Positions 35,579 through 45,861 are shown, counted from the stretch's first letter. The stretch is DNA of 64,000 nucleotides from an uncultured Candidatus Saccharibacteria bacterium (GCA_964610335.1 CAZSVP010000002.1:14376-78375); one strand, 5' to 3'. A program made the numbers and translations. The notes: generated by a model not told the origin, from the letters alone.

Positions 35579-37535
35579 TTGGGTCAATACCGCAGCACCG
35601 TTTGCTGCAGGGTACTTAATAGTAGCTGGCCAAATGGGTCCAAGCTTTTGGATTGGGTTGATATACTTCTTGTTCCCATACAACTTACTGATGTACGGTG
35701 TGAACGACATTTACGACTATGAAAGCGATCTCAAAAACCCGCGTAAAAATTCAATAGAAGGCGCATTACTTAATAAGAGCCGCCATAAAATGATTTGGTA
35801 CGCAATAGCCGCGGCCAACATACCCTTTATAATTGCTATGCTAATTTTGGCTCCTACAATCGCAGCCAAGTTATTCTTCTTGTTATTAGTGGGGTTTTGT
35901 TTTAGCTACAGTATGCCTCCAATGAGATTCAAAGAAATACCGGTAGTAGACTCAGTAAACTCTAGTTTGCATTTTGTTAGCCCGCTCCTATTTGGGCTGT
36001 TATTGGCCGGAGCCGCAAATATTGTGCCCTACTTGATGGCCCTGGGAGCATTCCTATTGTGGGGTATGGCATCACAAGCTCTAGGTGCTATACAAGATAT
36101 CAAACCCGACCGAGCAGCTGGTATTGCTTCAATTGCCACCGTACTGGGAGCACGCAGAACCAATCGGTTTGTGATGGTGTTATATACACTGTCCGCGGTT
36201 TTGGTAGCTGTAGGTTATTTTCCCGTTGGTATTGTGGGAGCAGCATTGCTAAGTTTGTATGTGCTTAATGCTAGTTTTTTTGTCAAATACATATCCGATG
36301 CCCGCAGTGGACAGTTTCATCGAGCATGGCAAAATTTCATATGGCTAAACCAGCTCGTTGGATTTGGACTAACCTTGTTACTACTCTGGTCATATAATGT
36401 TCTGGGCTTTCAAACAAACTGGCTAATGCTACTTAGCTATGGATTAATTGGGCTCAGCATAATCGGGCTGTTGACTATGGCAAGCAACACTTGGCTAATG
36501 CGTGTTAAACGCCAACAGTCCCATCCCCACCACTGGCCAAGAGTGAGTATTTTGCTTAGCTGTTACAACCAGTCAGCCACTATCACCTCAACTCTCTTAG
36601 CTGCTCTGGGACAAGATTACCCTGACTACGAGCTTTTGGTGTCAGACTTGGGTTCAACTGATGCAACTGCTTCTCGTTTGCAAGCCCAGCAAGACAAACG
36701 ATTACGTGTAATTGATCTAGATACCATGCCACCTGGCTGGCAAATACAAAACTGGGCCCTAGAGCAACTGCGTCTAAAAGCGCACGGCGAAATACTAGTG
36801 ATATTACACCAAGATGTTTTACTTTATCCAGCAGCACTGTCTACTTTGGTTGCACAACTTAGTACAAACAGTGTTGACTTTGTAAGTGTCCAAGTTGGTG
36901 ATCCTACCAAGCAGTTGAACCACCAATTAAGTCTTGCTCAGACATGCGCCCTGCAACTTGGTTGGTACCCAGAGTTAATACGCAAACTCTTGCGTCGAGA
37001 CGTTAATATCTGGCTTGGCCAGATTACAGTATGCCAAGCGGGGCAACTTGATAAAATACATGGTTTTAAGAATTTCAAAGCCAGCCCTATTGGCAATTTA
37101 GAAATACAGCGTGCAGCAACAAAACGAGGATTAAAATCAATACAAATACTTGGGAACAATATATCCAGTAGCCATTTTCACCAGGAAGTTATCGCCAGCA
37201 CTCAATACCTAAGTCAGCAAGCATATCCTCAGTATTACCAGTCCCTACCATTAGTGGTATTAATATGCTTCATTATATTGGTAGTTGGGCTATTGCCAAT
37301 ATTGCTGTTTGCATGGCAATTTATAGTGCTCGGTGGTATGGAAGCATGGCTTCTATTGGGAGCGGTCAGCATATACTACCTACAAAGACTAATTAGTGCC
37401 ATTACACTTAAACAGCATCTTATTGGCGTGGCACTGTTCCCAATTGCCGACTTAATCGTTGTATGGTGCATTGTACGTTCTATGTTGGAGACAGAGTTCT
37501 CCACACCTCGATGGCATAACTCACTGAACAGATAA
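35517..37535 (+). CDS. Lycopene elongase (CrtEb-like UbiA prenyltransferase) fused to a GT2-like domain
   Basis: SRPVSWVNTAAPF, YGVNDIYDYESDLKNPRK and QDIKPDR; C-terminal VSILLSCYNQ...DLGSTD. Confidence 0.85.
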   Translation: MDIKKTIQAIREIIQTSRPVSWVNTAAPFAAGYLIVAGQMGPSFWIGLIYFLFPYNLLMYGVNDIYDYESDLKNPRKNSIEGALLNKSRHKMIWYAIAAANIPFIIAMLILAPTIAAKLFFLLLVGFCFSYSMPPMRFKEIPVVDSVNSSLHFVSPLLFGLLLAGAANIVPYLMALGAFLLWGMASQALGAIQDIKPDRAAGIASIATVLGARRTNRFVMVLYTLSAVLVAVGYFPVGIVGAALLSLYVLNASFFVKYISDARSGQFHRAWQNFIWLNQLVGFGLTLLLLWSYNVLGFQTNWLMLLSYGLIGLSIIGLLTMASNTWLMRVKRQQSHPHHWPRVSILLSCYNQSATITSTLLAALGQDYPDYELLVSDLGSTDATASRLQAQQDKRLRVIDLDTMPPGWQIQNWALEQLRLKAHGEILVILHQDVLLYPAALSTLVAQLSTNSVDFVSVQVGDPTKQLNHQLSLAQTCALQLGWYPELIRKLLRRDVNIWLGQITVCQAGQLDKIHGFKNFKASPIGNLEIQRAATKRGLKSIQILGNNISSSHFHQEVIASTQYLSQQAYPQYYQSLPLVVLICFIILVVGLLPILLFAWQFIVLGGMEAWLLLGAVSIYYLQRLISAITLKQHLIGVALFPIADLIVVWCIVRSMLETEFSTPRWHNSLNR

Positions 37536-38393
37536 TCGCTTATCAGCACGTTTTTGCTTATTGCGTCGTAAGAACCAGAAGAGCAAACCTATACTCATAG
37601 TGACGCCGCCGATTACAGCAAGGCCTGCGATGTAGCCGCCATAGAGTTTTGTTGCTGCCAAAGCTACACGCAAACTTACTAACCACGCGTTGCCTGGTTT
37701 GCCAACAACTTGCATTACTTGTGGCGATGCTATTGTCGCAATAAATAGCATTAGTGCGGCGATAAGAGAGCTTAAACCTAAACCAATAAAGATACTTTTC
37801 TTGGCAAGGATACTAGCGATAGTAGTTAGTACTAGTGCAACCCCAATTATTATCATTAGCATCAGCTGCATTTGCGGCAATTTTATTACTACTGTTTTGA
37901 GACTAGTTAGACCAGACAAGATGTCAACTGAACCTGTGCGTGGATTGACCTCGATTTCGTCTGGTACTGTTTTTTTTACAAAAAACTGATATTCACTTAC
38001 TTTACTTGAGCTCAACCCACTTGGCGGCTGGTTAATAAGAGCATCTCGTAATGGAGTTAGTGTTAAGCTAAGTCTGGGTTCAACCTCAAACGGCTCACGA
38101 AGCCAGCCCACCAAGCCACTAACAACTGGTGTAAACATTGTTTTTATTAATGGCGGCTGCAAAGCACTATCGAGCTGGCTAGAAAGCAAGGTAGCATAGG
38201 GGCTATCTAAGCTAATATTACTAGTTACTTCATCATTAATCTGTGGTTTGATTAGCTCATAAATCTGAGCATCGTCCAACAACATATTTACAGTTTGTGG
38301 CTGTTGAATTATTTGACTCAAAACACTGATCACCACAAACAAACTAATCAACGTCGCCGACAAGAATATTAGTATGTATCTAATTACACGCAT
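37521..38393 (-). CDS. Membrane hypothetical protein
   Basis: N-terminal anchor plus three C-terminal TM helices. Confidence 0.7.
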   Translation of the reverse strand: MRVIRYILIFLSATLISLFVVISVLSQIIQQPQTVNMLLDDAQIYELIKPQINDEVTSNISLDSPYATLLSSQLDSALQPPLIKTMFTPVVSGLVGWLREPFEVEPRLSLTLTPLRDALINQPPSGLSSSKVSEYQFFVKKTVPDEIEVNPRTGSVDILSGLTSLKTVVIKLPQMQLMLMIIIGVALVLTTIASILAKKSIFIGLGLSSLIAALMLFIATIASPQVMQVVGKPGNAWLVSLRVALAATKLYGGYIAGLAVIGGVTMSIGLLFWFLRRNKQKRADKRLSVQ

Positions 38394-38479
38394 ACGTCTC
38401 TCTATTAGTATCGGCGCTATTATATCACCTACTCGAAAGACATTTATATTGATTTAGTACTAAAATCTACGATTTTAAC

Positions 38480-39244
38480 CTACTGCAAAAAGCTACCGAC
38501 TGTACTAACTAACTGTTGCTTAGCCTGCTCCATCGATTCACTAAACTGTGTAAAAGCCCCTATGATCTGCAGCTTACTTTCTTCATGCGACAGTCTTATA
38601 CTCTTGGCAGCATTAGCCAATAGCCCGCGATCCGCTAATGCTGTTTGCTGAGCAAAATCTATCGCCCTGGTTAAATCTTGTCGTGACGCCGCAGCATTAT
38701 TACCATCAGCGCAGTCAGACTTAGCTTGCTCAAGTGCATTATTGACTTGATCAACAAATTGCTGGCGATTGGCTTTACGAGAATCTTGCACAGATTTGAG
38801 CTCACTATCAACCTGGCTTCGATAGTTACGAACTGCATTATCTACTGCTAAATGTCTTACATCGAGAGCTTGTTTAACCGCTGCTGAATACTGTTCCACC
38901 GCCTGGCTCTGGGCCTCTGATTTGGCGCGTGCCAGCATGGCCTCAACGTGTCGCCTCCGGTCTTCTTCAGCTTTACTGCGCAAGCCAGCAAGTTTTTTAT
39001 CAAACGCTGCACGGCGCTTGGCTAGCTGTTCATCATGGTCGAACTTTACAGGAGAAACTGACTTATAGTACTCGTTTGTTTTTTCTAGTAGCCGACTGGT
39101 TATATTGTCTACTCTCTGACAAAACTGAGGTGTTGGTTCAGCCGAAAGTGGGCTATCTTCAGCCTGTGATACGCCAACCATACCAAAGATTGCAGTTACC
39201 GCAAACAAGATTGCAATAAATCTTATACTACTGCGCCACAGCAT
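38480..39244 (-). CDS. Secreted alpha-helical/coiled-coil protein
   Basis: Signal peptide (..VSQA|ED); helical, A/Q/K-rich. Confidence 0.75.
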   Translation of the reverse strand: MLWRSSIRFIAILFAVTAIFGMVGVSQAEDSPLSAEPTPQFCQRVDNITSRLLEKTNEYYKSVSPVKFDHDEQLAKRRAAFDKKLAGLRSKAEEDRRRHVEAMLARAKSEAQSQAVEQYSAAVKQALDVRHLAVDNAVRNYRSQVDSELKSVQDSRKANRQQFVDQVNNALEQAKSDCADGNNAAASRQDLTRAIDFAQQTALADRGLLANAAKSIRLSHEESKLQIIGAFTQFSESMEQAKQQLVSTVGSFLQ

Positions 39245-39773
39245 TATATATATCTCCTAAGCTAGTTTGATATTGACTAGCCAGATTAATTTGATTGTCC
39301 AGTAAACTGGTCGGCTGCTCATCCAACGTTGCCTGAGCTTGCTCAGCTTGGGTATTGGCATTAATTTGCGAAACCGTATTGGTAATGGTACCATTTGCCA
39401 CCACAGTAGCTGAGGTAGTTTGATCATTGGCAGGCCGCATTTGTAAAACTAGAACACTACCAAAAACCATCACAAATACAGCTACTCCACCAAAGGCTAG
39501 CGACCATGGTTGTAGCCTTGACCAGTTATGGGAGCTACCATTAATAATTTTTTCTGATTGCTGTTTCTGATTATTCAACTGGTTTAGCACTGCTTGCAAC
39601 TGTGTCTTACTAGCTTCACTAGTAGTTGCGATAGCTTCCATCTGCTCAATCACAGTAGTATCGGCGCTTAAATCAGCCGCAAATTTTGGGTAGCGTTTTA
39701 CTATCGCTCGACGATTTGCCTTTGTCGAACCGATGTATTCTTCTAGTACCAAATCATAATTCGGATTTTTCAT
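39228..39773 (-). CDS. Putative anti-sigma factor (single TM)
   Basis: Overlaps the ECF sigma stop; one central TM helix. Confidence 0.65.
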   Translation of the reverse strand: MKNPNYDLVLEEYIGSTKANRRAIVKRYPKFAADLSADTTVIEQMEAIATTSEASKTQLQAVLNQLNNQKQQSEKIINGSSHNWSRLQPWSLAFGGVAVFVMVFGSVLVLQMRPANDQTTSATVVANGTITNTVSQINANTQAEQAQATLDEQPTSLLDNQINLASQYQTSLGDIYNAVAQ

Positions 39774-40333
39774 GACCTTTCCTCATCTTTTATTAGTAGA
39801 CGTAGCTTTGCAATCGCCCTTGATTGTAGTTTTCGCGTGGCAACTGGAGTTTTACCAATTATCTCAGCAATTTGCTCAGAGCTCAGCCCTACAAAGAACC
39901 TCAATCGCAACACTTCCTGGTCAAGTTCACTAAGTTTGTGGAGTTGGTTCAACAAATGCTGCTTTTGTTCGTTTATTAAAACGTCCTGGTGTTGATCTTG
40001 TGACGTATCAGCGATTGCAAGTAACACATCTTCAGAATCTCCTATAGGTCGATTACTCGTAGCACGATAGTAATCAATAACTACACTTGATGCAATCTTA
40101 TACAAATATGCTGTCGGGCTATAACCACGATCTTGCCACCTTGATAGATTCTTGTAAAACTTCAAAAACGATTGCTGGGTAAGATCTTCAGCATCTTCCG
40201 TTGTTCTAACCTTGGCTGCGATATAACGGAAAAGTGGCTGATACAATTGCTCGTACAGTTCGTCAAAAGCAGTTTGATCACCGTCTTGTGCACGTGTTAC
40301 CAGCTCGATGAGCGATTGTTTGTTGTGTTGCAT
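39770..40333 (-). CDS. ECF RNA polymerase sigma factor
   Basis: AEDLTQQSFLK region 2; region 4 'EQIAEIIGK...SRAIAKLR'. Confidence 0.93.
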   Translation of the reverse strand: MQHNKQSLIELVTRAQDGDQTAFDELYEQLYQPLFRYIAAKVRTTEDAEDLTQQSFLKFYKNLSRWQDRGYSPTAYLYKIASSVVIDYYRATSNRPIGDSEDVLLAIADTSQDQHQDVLINEQKQHLLNQLHKLSELDQEVLRLRFFVGLSSEQIAEIIGKTPVATRKLQSRAIAKLRLLIKDEERS

Positions 40334-40357
40334 AATAAAACTATGGCACCAAGCCTA

Positions 40358-41569
40358 TCACGTTCCCCAAATTGCTTCAACTATACGGATGCGAACTGCT
40401 CGCCAGCTAGGCACAAATGCCGATAGCATACTGACCAACAACAGTATTAAAGCATTTAGTAACAAGAAGCCGTAATTGACCGCCAAGTACACATCACCTA
40501 GTGGAAAATGAAACGGATAACGTTTTTCAACTGGTACCGCCACAAATATAAACAACAACACACCTAAAACTGATCCAAACAATGTATACAGAAAAGCCCT
40601 GATCACATAGCTCAGCACAATAGCTGAGCTACTAATACCTATAGCACGTTCTATACCAATCTGGCGACGTTTGTTGACTACATCGACATAAGTAATGATA
40701 AAGATTGTTAGCGCACCAACAACTAGTGCTACGAGACGAAGTATTTGGTTGATTATCTGAATCGAATCTGTGTAACTTTGTACAAACCCGGCTCGTTGCT
40801 GCCAAGTCCTAAACTGCAAGTCTGATTGCAAGTTATTAATTCGATCTATCACAACTTGCTCATTGGCGCCTGGGCTGGTACGCACATTGATGGCATTAGC
40901 TTTACCTACAGTGTCAGGTCTGATAGCATCGAAGTCTTCGTTGGTTACGAAAGTTTTCAGATCTGCTTGCACAAACTCAGTCTGGAAGATGCCTTTGACA
41001 GTATATTTTTTGGTTAAACCACCTGGTAGGTTTACGGTGACTACATCACCCACATGCGCATTCTTCAAACTATCATTGTAAAGCTCGAGTTTGGCCTTAC
41101 CGGCTCCGGCTACCTGTGCTCCTAACACAATTTGGTCACGATCGCCCGGACTCAAGAAGCTCCCTTCAACCATGTTCTGTGGCGCCGAATACACCGCATC
41201 ATAGCTCTTTGGATCAATACCCAAAAGCTCTGAAGTGCCCCGCTCGTTGCCGAGTATCAGTTGAGCACTGGTGTTACGAGATGCAGTAGATGCTTCAACT
41301 CCTGTAGTTTCATCGATCATCTTGACTAGGTCATTTGCGCCAGGTATAAGCGTGCCTGATGGTTTGTTCTCTACTGTAATATTACTAGTCAGCGTATTGA
41401 TTAATTTGGAATTCATTGTGCTTATTACACCTTCTAACAAGGCCGGTGTGAATACCAAGTTCATAAACACCAATATCATCATGAAAGTAGGCATGATACT
41501 TAGCCAACTATTGCCGCGGAATATCGAGCGAACCGTCAGAAAGAAAGCAACTGATATCTTATTTAGCAC
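40358..41569 (-). CDS. ABC permease, FtsX/MacB/LolE family
   Basis: One TM, large extracellular domain, then RQIGIERAIG and three TMs. Confidence 0.9.
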   Translation of the reverse strand: MLNKISVAFFLTVRSIFRGNSWLSIMPTFMMILVFMNLVFTPALLEGVISTMNSKLINTLTSNITVENKPSGTLIPGANDLVKMIDETTGVEASTASRNTSAQLILGNERGTSELLGIDPKSYDAVYSAPQNMVEGSFLSPGDRDQIVLGAQVAGAGKAKLELYNDSLKNAHVGDVVTVNLPGGLTKKYTVKGIFQTEFVQADLKTFVTNEDFDAIRPDTVGKANAINVRTSPGANEQVVIDRINNLQSDLQFRTWQQRAGFVQSYTDSIQIINQILRLVALVVGALTIFIITYVDVVNKRRQIGIERAIGISSSAIVLSYVIRAFLYTLFGSVLGVLLFIFVAVPVEKRYPFHFPLGDVYLAVNYGFLLLNALILLLVSMLSAFVPSWRAVRIRIVEAIWGT

Positions 41570-42242
41570 GACGATCCACCCTCATGATTTGACCATCATG
41601 CATACGAATTACTCTAGTAGCGTAAAAAACGTCATCTGGATCATGGCTCACAAATACCACTGTGGTGCCATACTCATGGTTTAGCCAGAATAGTGCCTGC
41701 ATCACCTTATAGCTACTGGCTGAGTCGAGGTTGGCAGTTGGCTCATCGGCAAAAACAATTTCTGGTTTGTTCATAAGTGCCCGCGCAATCGCCACACGTT
41801 GTTGCTCGCCGCCCGACATTTGTTTAGGCCGATGATCCTTACGACTCAACAAGTCTACTGAATCCAGAAGCGTAATAGCACGATCCCGAAAATCTCCCGA
41901 AAAGCGTCGGAGCATTTTGGCTGGTAAATACACATTTTCCAAAGCCGTAAGCTCGGGCAGCAAAGCATACTCTTGAAATACATAGCCAAACTGACTTAAG
42001 CGTATTCGTGAGCGCTGTGACTCAGGTAGCTTGCTTACATCTATGCCATCAAGCATTACCTTACCGCTTGTAGGTACATCAATAAGACCCATCATGCGCA
42101 GCAGTGTGCTTTTGCCTGAGCCGGACTTGCCCATAATTGCGACAATTTCACCAGCTTGGATAGTTAAATCTACCCCGCGTAGTGCAGGGACGTTAACTTC
42201 ACCTAACTGGTAAATCTTACTGACATTTTTGAGCGTCAGCAT
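41559..42242 (-). CDS. ABC ATP-binding protein, LolD/MacB-like
   Basis: GKSGSGKST, MSGGEQQRV and DEPTANLD. Confidence 0.95.
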   Translation of the reverse strand: MLTLKNVSKIYQLGEVNVPALRGVDLTIQAGEIVAIMGKSGSGKSTLLRMMGLIDVPTSGKVMLDGIDVSKLPESQRSRIRLSQFGYVFQEYALLPELTALENVYLPAKMLRRFSGDFRDRAITLLDSVDLLSRKDHRPKQMSGGEQQRVAIARALMNKPEIVFADEPTANLDSASSYKVMQALFWLNHEYGTTVVFVSHDPDDVFYATRVIRMHDGQIMRVDRRAK

Positions 42243-42316
42243 ACCTAATAGTTTAACAGAAAAACGCTTATGTTTGCATGAAACTGCCGGCTAGATCGCG
42301 CGGCATCTTATTGCTA

Positions 42317-43615
42317 TTAGCTAGAAGCTGCAGGTGCTGTCGGATCAACTGCTGGGCTAATTGGCAAAGGTTGGTTGCAACTATTTGGCGCTGGTAAATT
42401 CTCAAAACGATCTTGCAGCCAGGCTACAACTGATGGACCGGCCACAATCGCTACTTGTGTATGCGAGATATTCCCTAACCAATTTGTGGTTAGCTTAACA
42501 CCACTCGCACAGCTTTTCTGCGCAAGTAGTGCTGTGGTATTAGGAAGAACTACAGTGTCACTAAGGCCTTGGGCAACATAAACAGGCACTTTCAACGAGC
42601 TCACTTGCGGTGTTTGTTGTTGAGCAGCTTGGTACCATTGTGAATTTTGAGTTGGATTAGATTGGAAAAACTTCTCTTGTAATGCTGCCCTAACCTCTAA
42701 TCCTGCTACTTCTTGTTGTACGCAGCCATAAGCTAGGCGCTGATAATTATCATGGGCGGCTTTTGTAAGCACTGGTTGCAACGGTAAATTGGGATAAATA
42801 AGTGGCCACGACACGGCTGCATCTGGTCCGATTGCCCAAGCTACCACTTGATTGTACTGTTGCGAGAACAATGCGTTTAGCTCTGCCGCTGGCGCCGCAG
42901 CGCTCGCTGCCACCAGCCGAAGCTCAGGAGCGTAGCTACTCGCATACTGTGCTGCAAATAACGCTGAGTTGCCTCCTTGTGAGTGGCCCCACACTGCAAA
43001 GTCAACTCCAGCACCGGCTGGCGCAAACTGCCTGGCAGCACGGACAGAGTTGAGAACATCATGTGCCTCACTCTGGCCGATTAGATAATATGGGTTACCT
43101 GGCGTGCCAACACCGGTATAGTCGGTAGTTGCGACCACCCAACCGCGTTGCATCATCCCATCGAGCCAATTTTGCATATCATTCATAGGGTTTGAGCTAC
43201 GTGATGGTGTGCAACTATCACCAAAGCCAAGCGTACCATGTGCCCAGGCTACAACTTTGCGGCCACCTTCCGGGACAACACCGCTTGGTACAAAAATCAT
43301 GCCTGACGATACTGCCTCACTACCATCAGCTAGTTGGGTTGTGTAAAGCATGCGATATGCACTACCACCGTTTGGTACACTGATATTCATAGGTTCTGTT
43401 CGAATTAGTGTGCCTGGCTTGCCAGCAGGCAGTGGGTTTGGTGGCGTATAAAAAGGCTCTAGACTCGCTTGATATTGCTTGGCCTGATAGCTTTGATACC
43501 ACTGCAATCCAAGAAGAACGACAATCACAACTAATACCACGGTCAAACTTACCCAAAAGACCATATGCCAAGGTCTGTTTGATAAATACGATAACTTCTT
43601 TTTATGATTAAGCAT
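42317..43615 (-). CDS. Membrane-anchored secretory lipase (LIP family alpha/beta hydrolase)
   Basis: WAHGT, GHSQGG nucleophile elbow and N-terminal TM. Confidence 0.9.
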   Translation of the reverse strand: MLNHKKKLSYLSNRPWHMVFWVSLTVVLVVIVVLLGLQWYQSYQAKQYQASLEPFYTPPNPLPAGKPGTLIRTEPMNISVPNGGSAYRMLYTTQLADGSEAVSSGMIFVPSGVVPEGGRKVVAWAHGTLGFGDSCTPSRSSNPMNDMQNWLDGMMQRGWVVATTDYTGVGTPGNPYYLIGQSEAHDVLNSVRAARQFAPAGAGVDFAVWGHSQGGNSALFAAQYASSYAPELRLVAASAAAPAAELNALFSQQYNQVVAWAIGPDAAVSWPLIYPNLPLQPVLTKAAHDNYQRLAYGCVQQEVAGLEVRAALQEKFFQSNPTQNSQWYQAAQQQTPQVSSLKVPVYVAQGLSDTVVLPNTTALLAQKSCASGVKLTTNWLGNISHTQVAIVAGPSVVAWLQDRFENLPAPNSCNQPLPISPAVDPTAPAASS

Positions 43616-43620
43616 AAGTA

Positions 43621-44247
43621 TTAACTACATTGTAAGTTGTGCTGTGAAATCTGACAAACTGCCTGCTGAGCCACACCAAAAACTAATCCGCCAAGACCTA
43701 CTATCACTACTATCCCCAATACACCTATAATAATTCCCAAGGCCACAACCACCAGATCGTCAAGGACCATTCCAATGCTTAGTATTACTACACCTAGAGC
43801 AGGTAAAGTATCTAGTCCAGAAAAAGGTGGCGCCAAAAACGCAGCGGAAGCAAATATTATCACAAGTATACCAATTAGCCGAACAAACAGATGATGATTG
43901 GCAATAAAGTGTCCGCGAGTTCTAGAAAACTTTTCAAAAAAACGTACAAAGCCGACTAGTCTACCCATACCCTTGCCGGGCTTGGGAGAGTGAATACTGC
44001 GTTTCTCCCATCGTTTGGGTATCCAGATAGCTCGACGACCAGCCACCAACTCCAATGCCAGTAGAACTGTAATAATTTCAAAAAAATGAGTTATACCTCC
44101 TGTTGGCAGTGGCAAAGCCGCAGTCATCATAAGCAAAATAAATGCTAGTGCAAAACTTTTCTCACCAAACATTTCTTCTAAATCCATCAGCTTGATAGAT
44201 TTATGATTGGTGAAAAGCCTTTCCAGGCGAGTGCTGAGATTGATCAT
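43621..44247 (-). CDS. ExoD-family membrane protein
   Basis: ALPLPTGG, ELVAGRRAIWIP and DTLPAL motifs. Confidence 0.85.
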   Translation of the reverse strand: MINLSTRLERLFTNHKSIKLMDLEEMFGEKSFALAFILLMMTAALPLPTGGITHFFEIITVLLALELVAGRRAIWIPKRWEKRSIHSPKPGKGMGRLVGFVRFFEKFSRTRGHFIANHHLFVRLIGILVIIFASAAFLAPPFSGLDTLPALGVVILSIGMVLDDLVVVALGIIIGVLGIVVIVGLGGLVFGVAQQAVCQISQHNLQCS

Positions 44248-44338
44248 AATACTATTATACTTTAGTTTGATTTGTTGGTAATCAAATACAACGGCTACTT
44301 TATGCCGGAGATCGGATTGTAATTTTTGCTACACTTTG

Positions 44339-45130
44339 TTACTGATAATATTGGATAGTATTGACTATCTCCCACAACTTGCTTAGCTCAGCCGGATCAC
44401 TACCACCGGGAACTGAGATTCCAAAAAAATATGTATAGTGATTGACAGTATCATCGAGCGAGCCGGCTATACCATTGCCGTTTTGATAGGCATTGAGTAG
44501 GAGTCCAGCCTTGGTAGTGGCATTCTGATAAAGAACCTTATTGCCCTTGGAAGCAGCCAACTGGGCTGTTTTGTCATGCACTTGCCGCGCGAATGCATCG
44601 CTTTTGGTAGCGCCTTGATCCCCAACTGGTATAAGTACCAATGTTGGTAAGCTGGTTTGCTGTACTGAGCTAGCATCTCCATTCGGGCTTTCACTTGGCA
44701 AATTGCTAACAGGCGCAGTTGACAGCAACATCGTTCCAGGATTTGTGGTCTGCATACGACCGAAATAACCAACGGGTACTTCAACCGAATAGTGACCCGC
44801 AGAGTTAGTCACAGTACCGGGCGTAATGGCCACAAATATCATTCCGAAGAAGATTGAGAAACCTAACAACAACAGAAATACAGGTATGGTAAGTATTAGT
44901 GCCGACTTAGCCAAGCGCTGCTGGCGCTTAATTGCAAAAATATTTACTACTAGTGCACTTAGCGCAAGAACGGCGGGCACAAATACTACAAATGGCTGAG
45001 TGGAGTATATAAACAAGCCGATTGTAAAAAGCGCAATTAGGGAGATAACAGCGGACACCAATGTCAACAAAAATGGAGTTTTTGAGCTATTTTGAGAGCT
45101 ATATGCTGCCGAAGAATTATATGAGTTCAT
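44339..45130 (-). CDS. Hypothetical protein (three TMs plus extracellular domain)
   Basis: ORF composition only. Confidence 0.7.
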   Translation of the reverse strand: MNSYNSSAAYSSQNSSKTPFLLTLVSAVISLIALFTIGLFIYSTQPFVVFVPAVLALSALVVNIFAIKRQQRLAKSALILTIPVFLLLLGFSIFFGMIFVAITPGTVTNSAGHYSVEVPVGYFGRMQTTNPGTMLLSTAPVSNLPSESPNGDASSVQQTSLPTLVLIPVGDQGATKSDAFARQVHDKTAQLAASKGNKVLYQNATTKAGLLLNAYQNGNGIAGSLDDTVNHYTYFFGISVPGGSDPAELSKLWEIVNTIQYYQ

Positions 45131-45176
45131 ACTGGTTATTTACATAACCAGTATATCAGCACTGTGCTACTTGTTG

Positions 45177-45440
45177 CTATAGCCCTAGTATTTGCTTCTT
45201 TTTGGCGTCGAATTCTTCTTGTGTAAGTATACCTTGGTCTTTGAGTTGGCCGAGTTTTTCAAGTTGAGCCATTTGGTCATCTGCTCCCGACGAAGCAGCT
45301 GGTTGTGCAGTTGGCGCGGCCTGAGCTTGCTCCTCAGCACCCCAACGCCTAGCCTGGCGCCTACTCACATTGTTTGAAACCGCAGTAGCGGTACCTGCAA
45401 TCACTGCTGTTCGTGCTACTCCACGTAGTAATCCTGGCAT
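45177..45440 (-). CDS. SHOCT-domain protein
   Basis: MPGLLRGVARTAVIAGTATAVS...LKDQGILTQEEFDAKKKQIL. Confidence 0.9.
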   Translation of the reverse strand: MPGLLRGVARTAVIAGTATAVSNNVSRRQARRWGAEEQAQAAPTAQPAASSGADDQMAQLEKLGQLKDQGILTQEEFDAKKKQILGL

Positions 45441-45441
45441 A

Positions 45442-45861
45442 TTACTCTCCTTTTCCGTTGTTTAATTCTGCTTCTGCGTCTGGGTGAATTCGGCCCTCGG
45501 CCAACAGTTCTCCGCCTGCGTTTAGAATAGCTTTTTTAAGATCCTTGGCCCAAAGTTGTTCGATTACTAGCAATCCAGCTGAGCAATCGTTGTCCAGCAA
45601 TTCTGCTACCTCAGCAACATCATCGTCACTTACTAAGCCGGAATCTATCCCTTTGGCCTTAGCAAACTCTGCTATCAGCTCATCTTCTATCTCACTCAGC
45701 TCAAGTGATGTTACTTCACCACTAGCATCTTTTGAGACAAGTGCGATATCCAAAACAGCGATAATACCATCGTTGGTTGCTTTCTCTAGTGCTTTTAGTA
45801 TTTCGCCATTAAACTTATTTTGTTTAAACTCTACTATTATGTAATCGATTGGTCCCCGCAT
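45442..45861 (-). CDS. DUF6325-like protein (usual partner of the SHOCT gene)
   Basis: MRGPIDYIIVEF and EQLWAK...GRI motifs. Confidence 0.8.
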   Translation of the reverse strand: MRGPIDYIIVEFKQNKFNGEILKALEKATNDGIIAVLDIALVSKDASGEVTSLELSEIEDELIAEFAKAKGIDSGLVSDDDVAEVAELLDNDCSAGLLVIEQLWAKDLKKAILNAGGELLAEGRIHPDAEAELNNGKGE

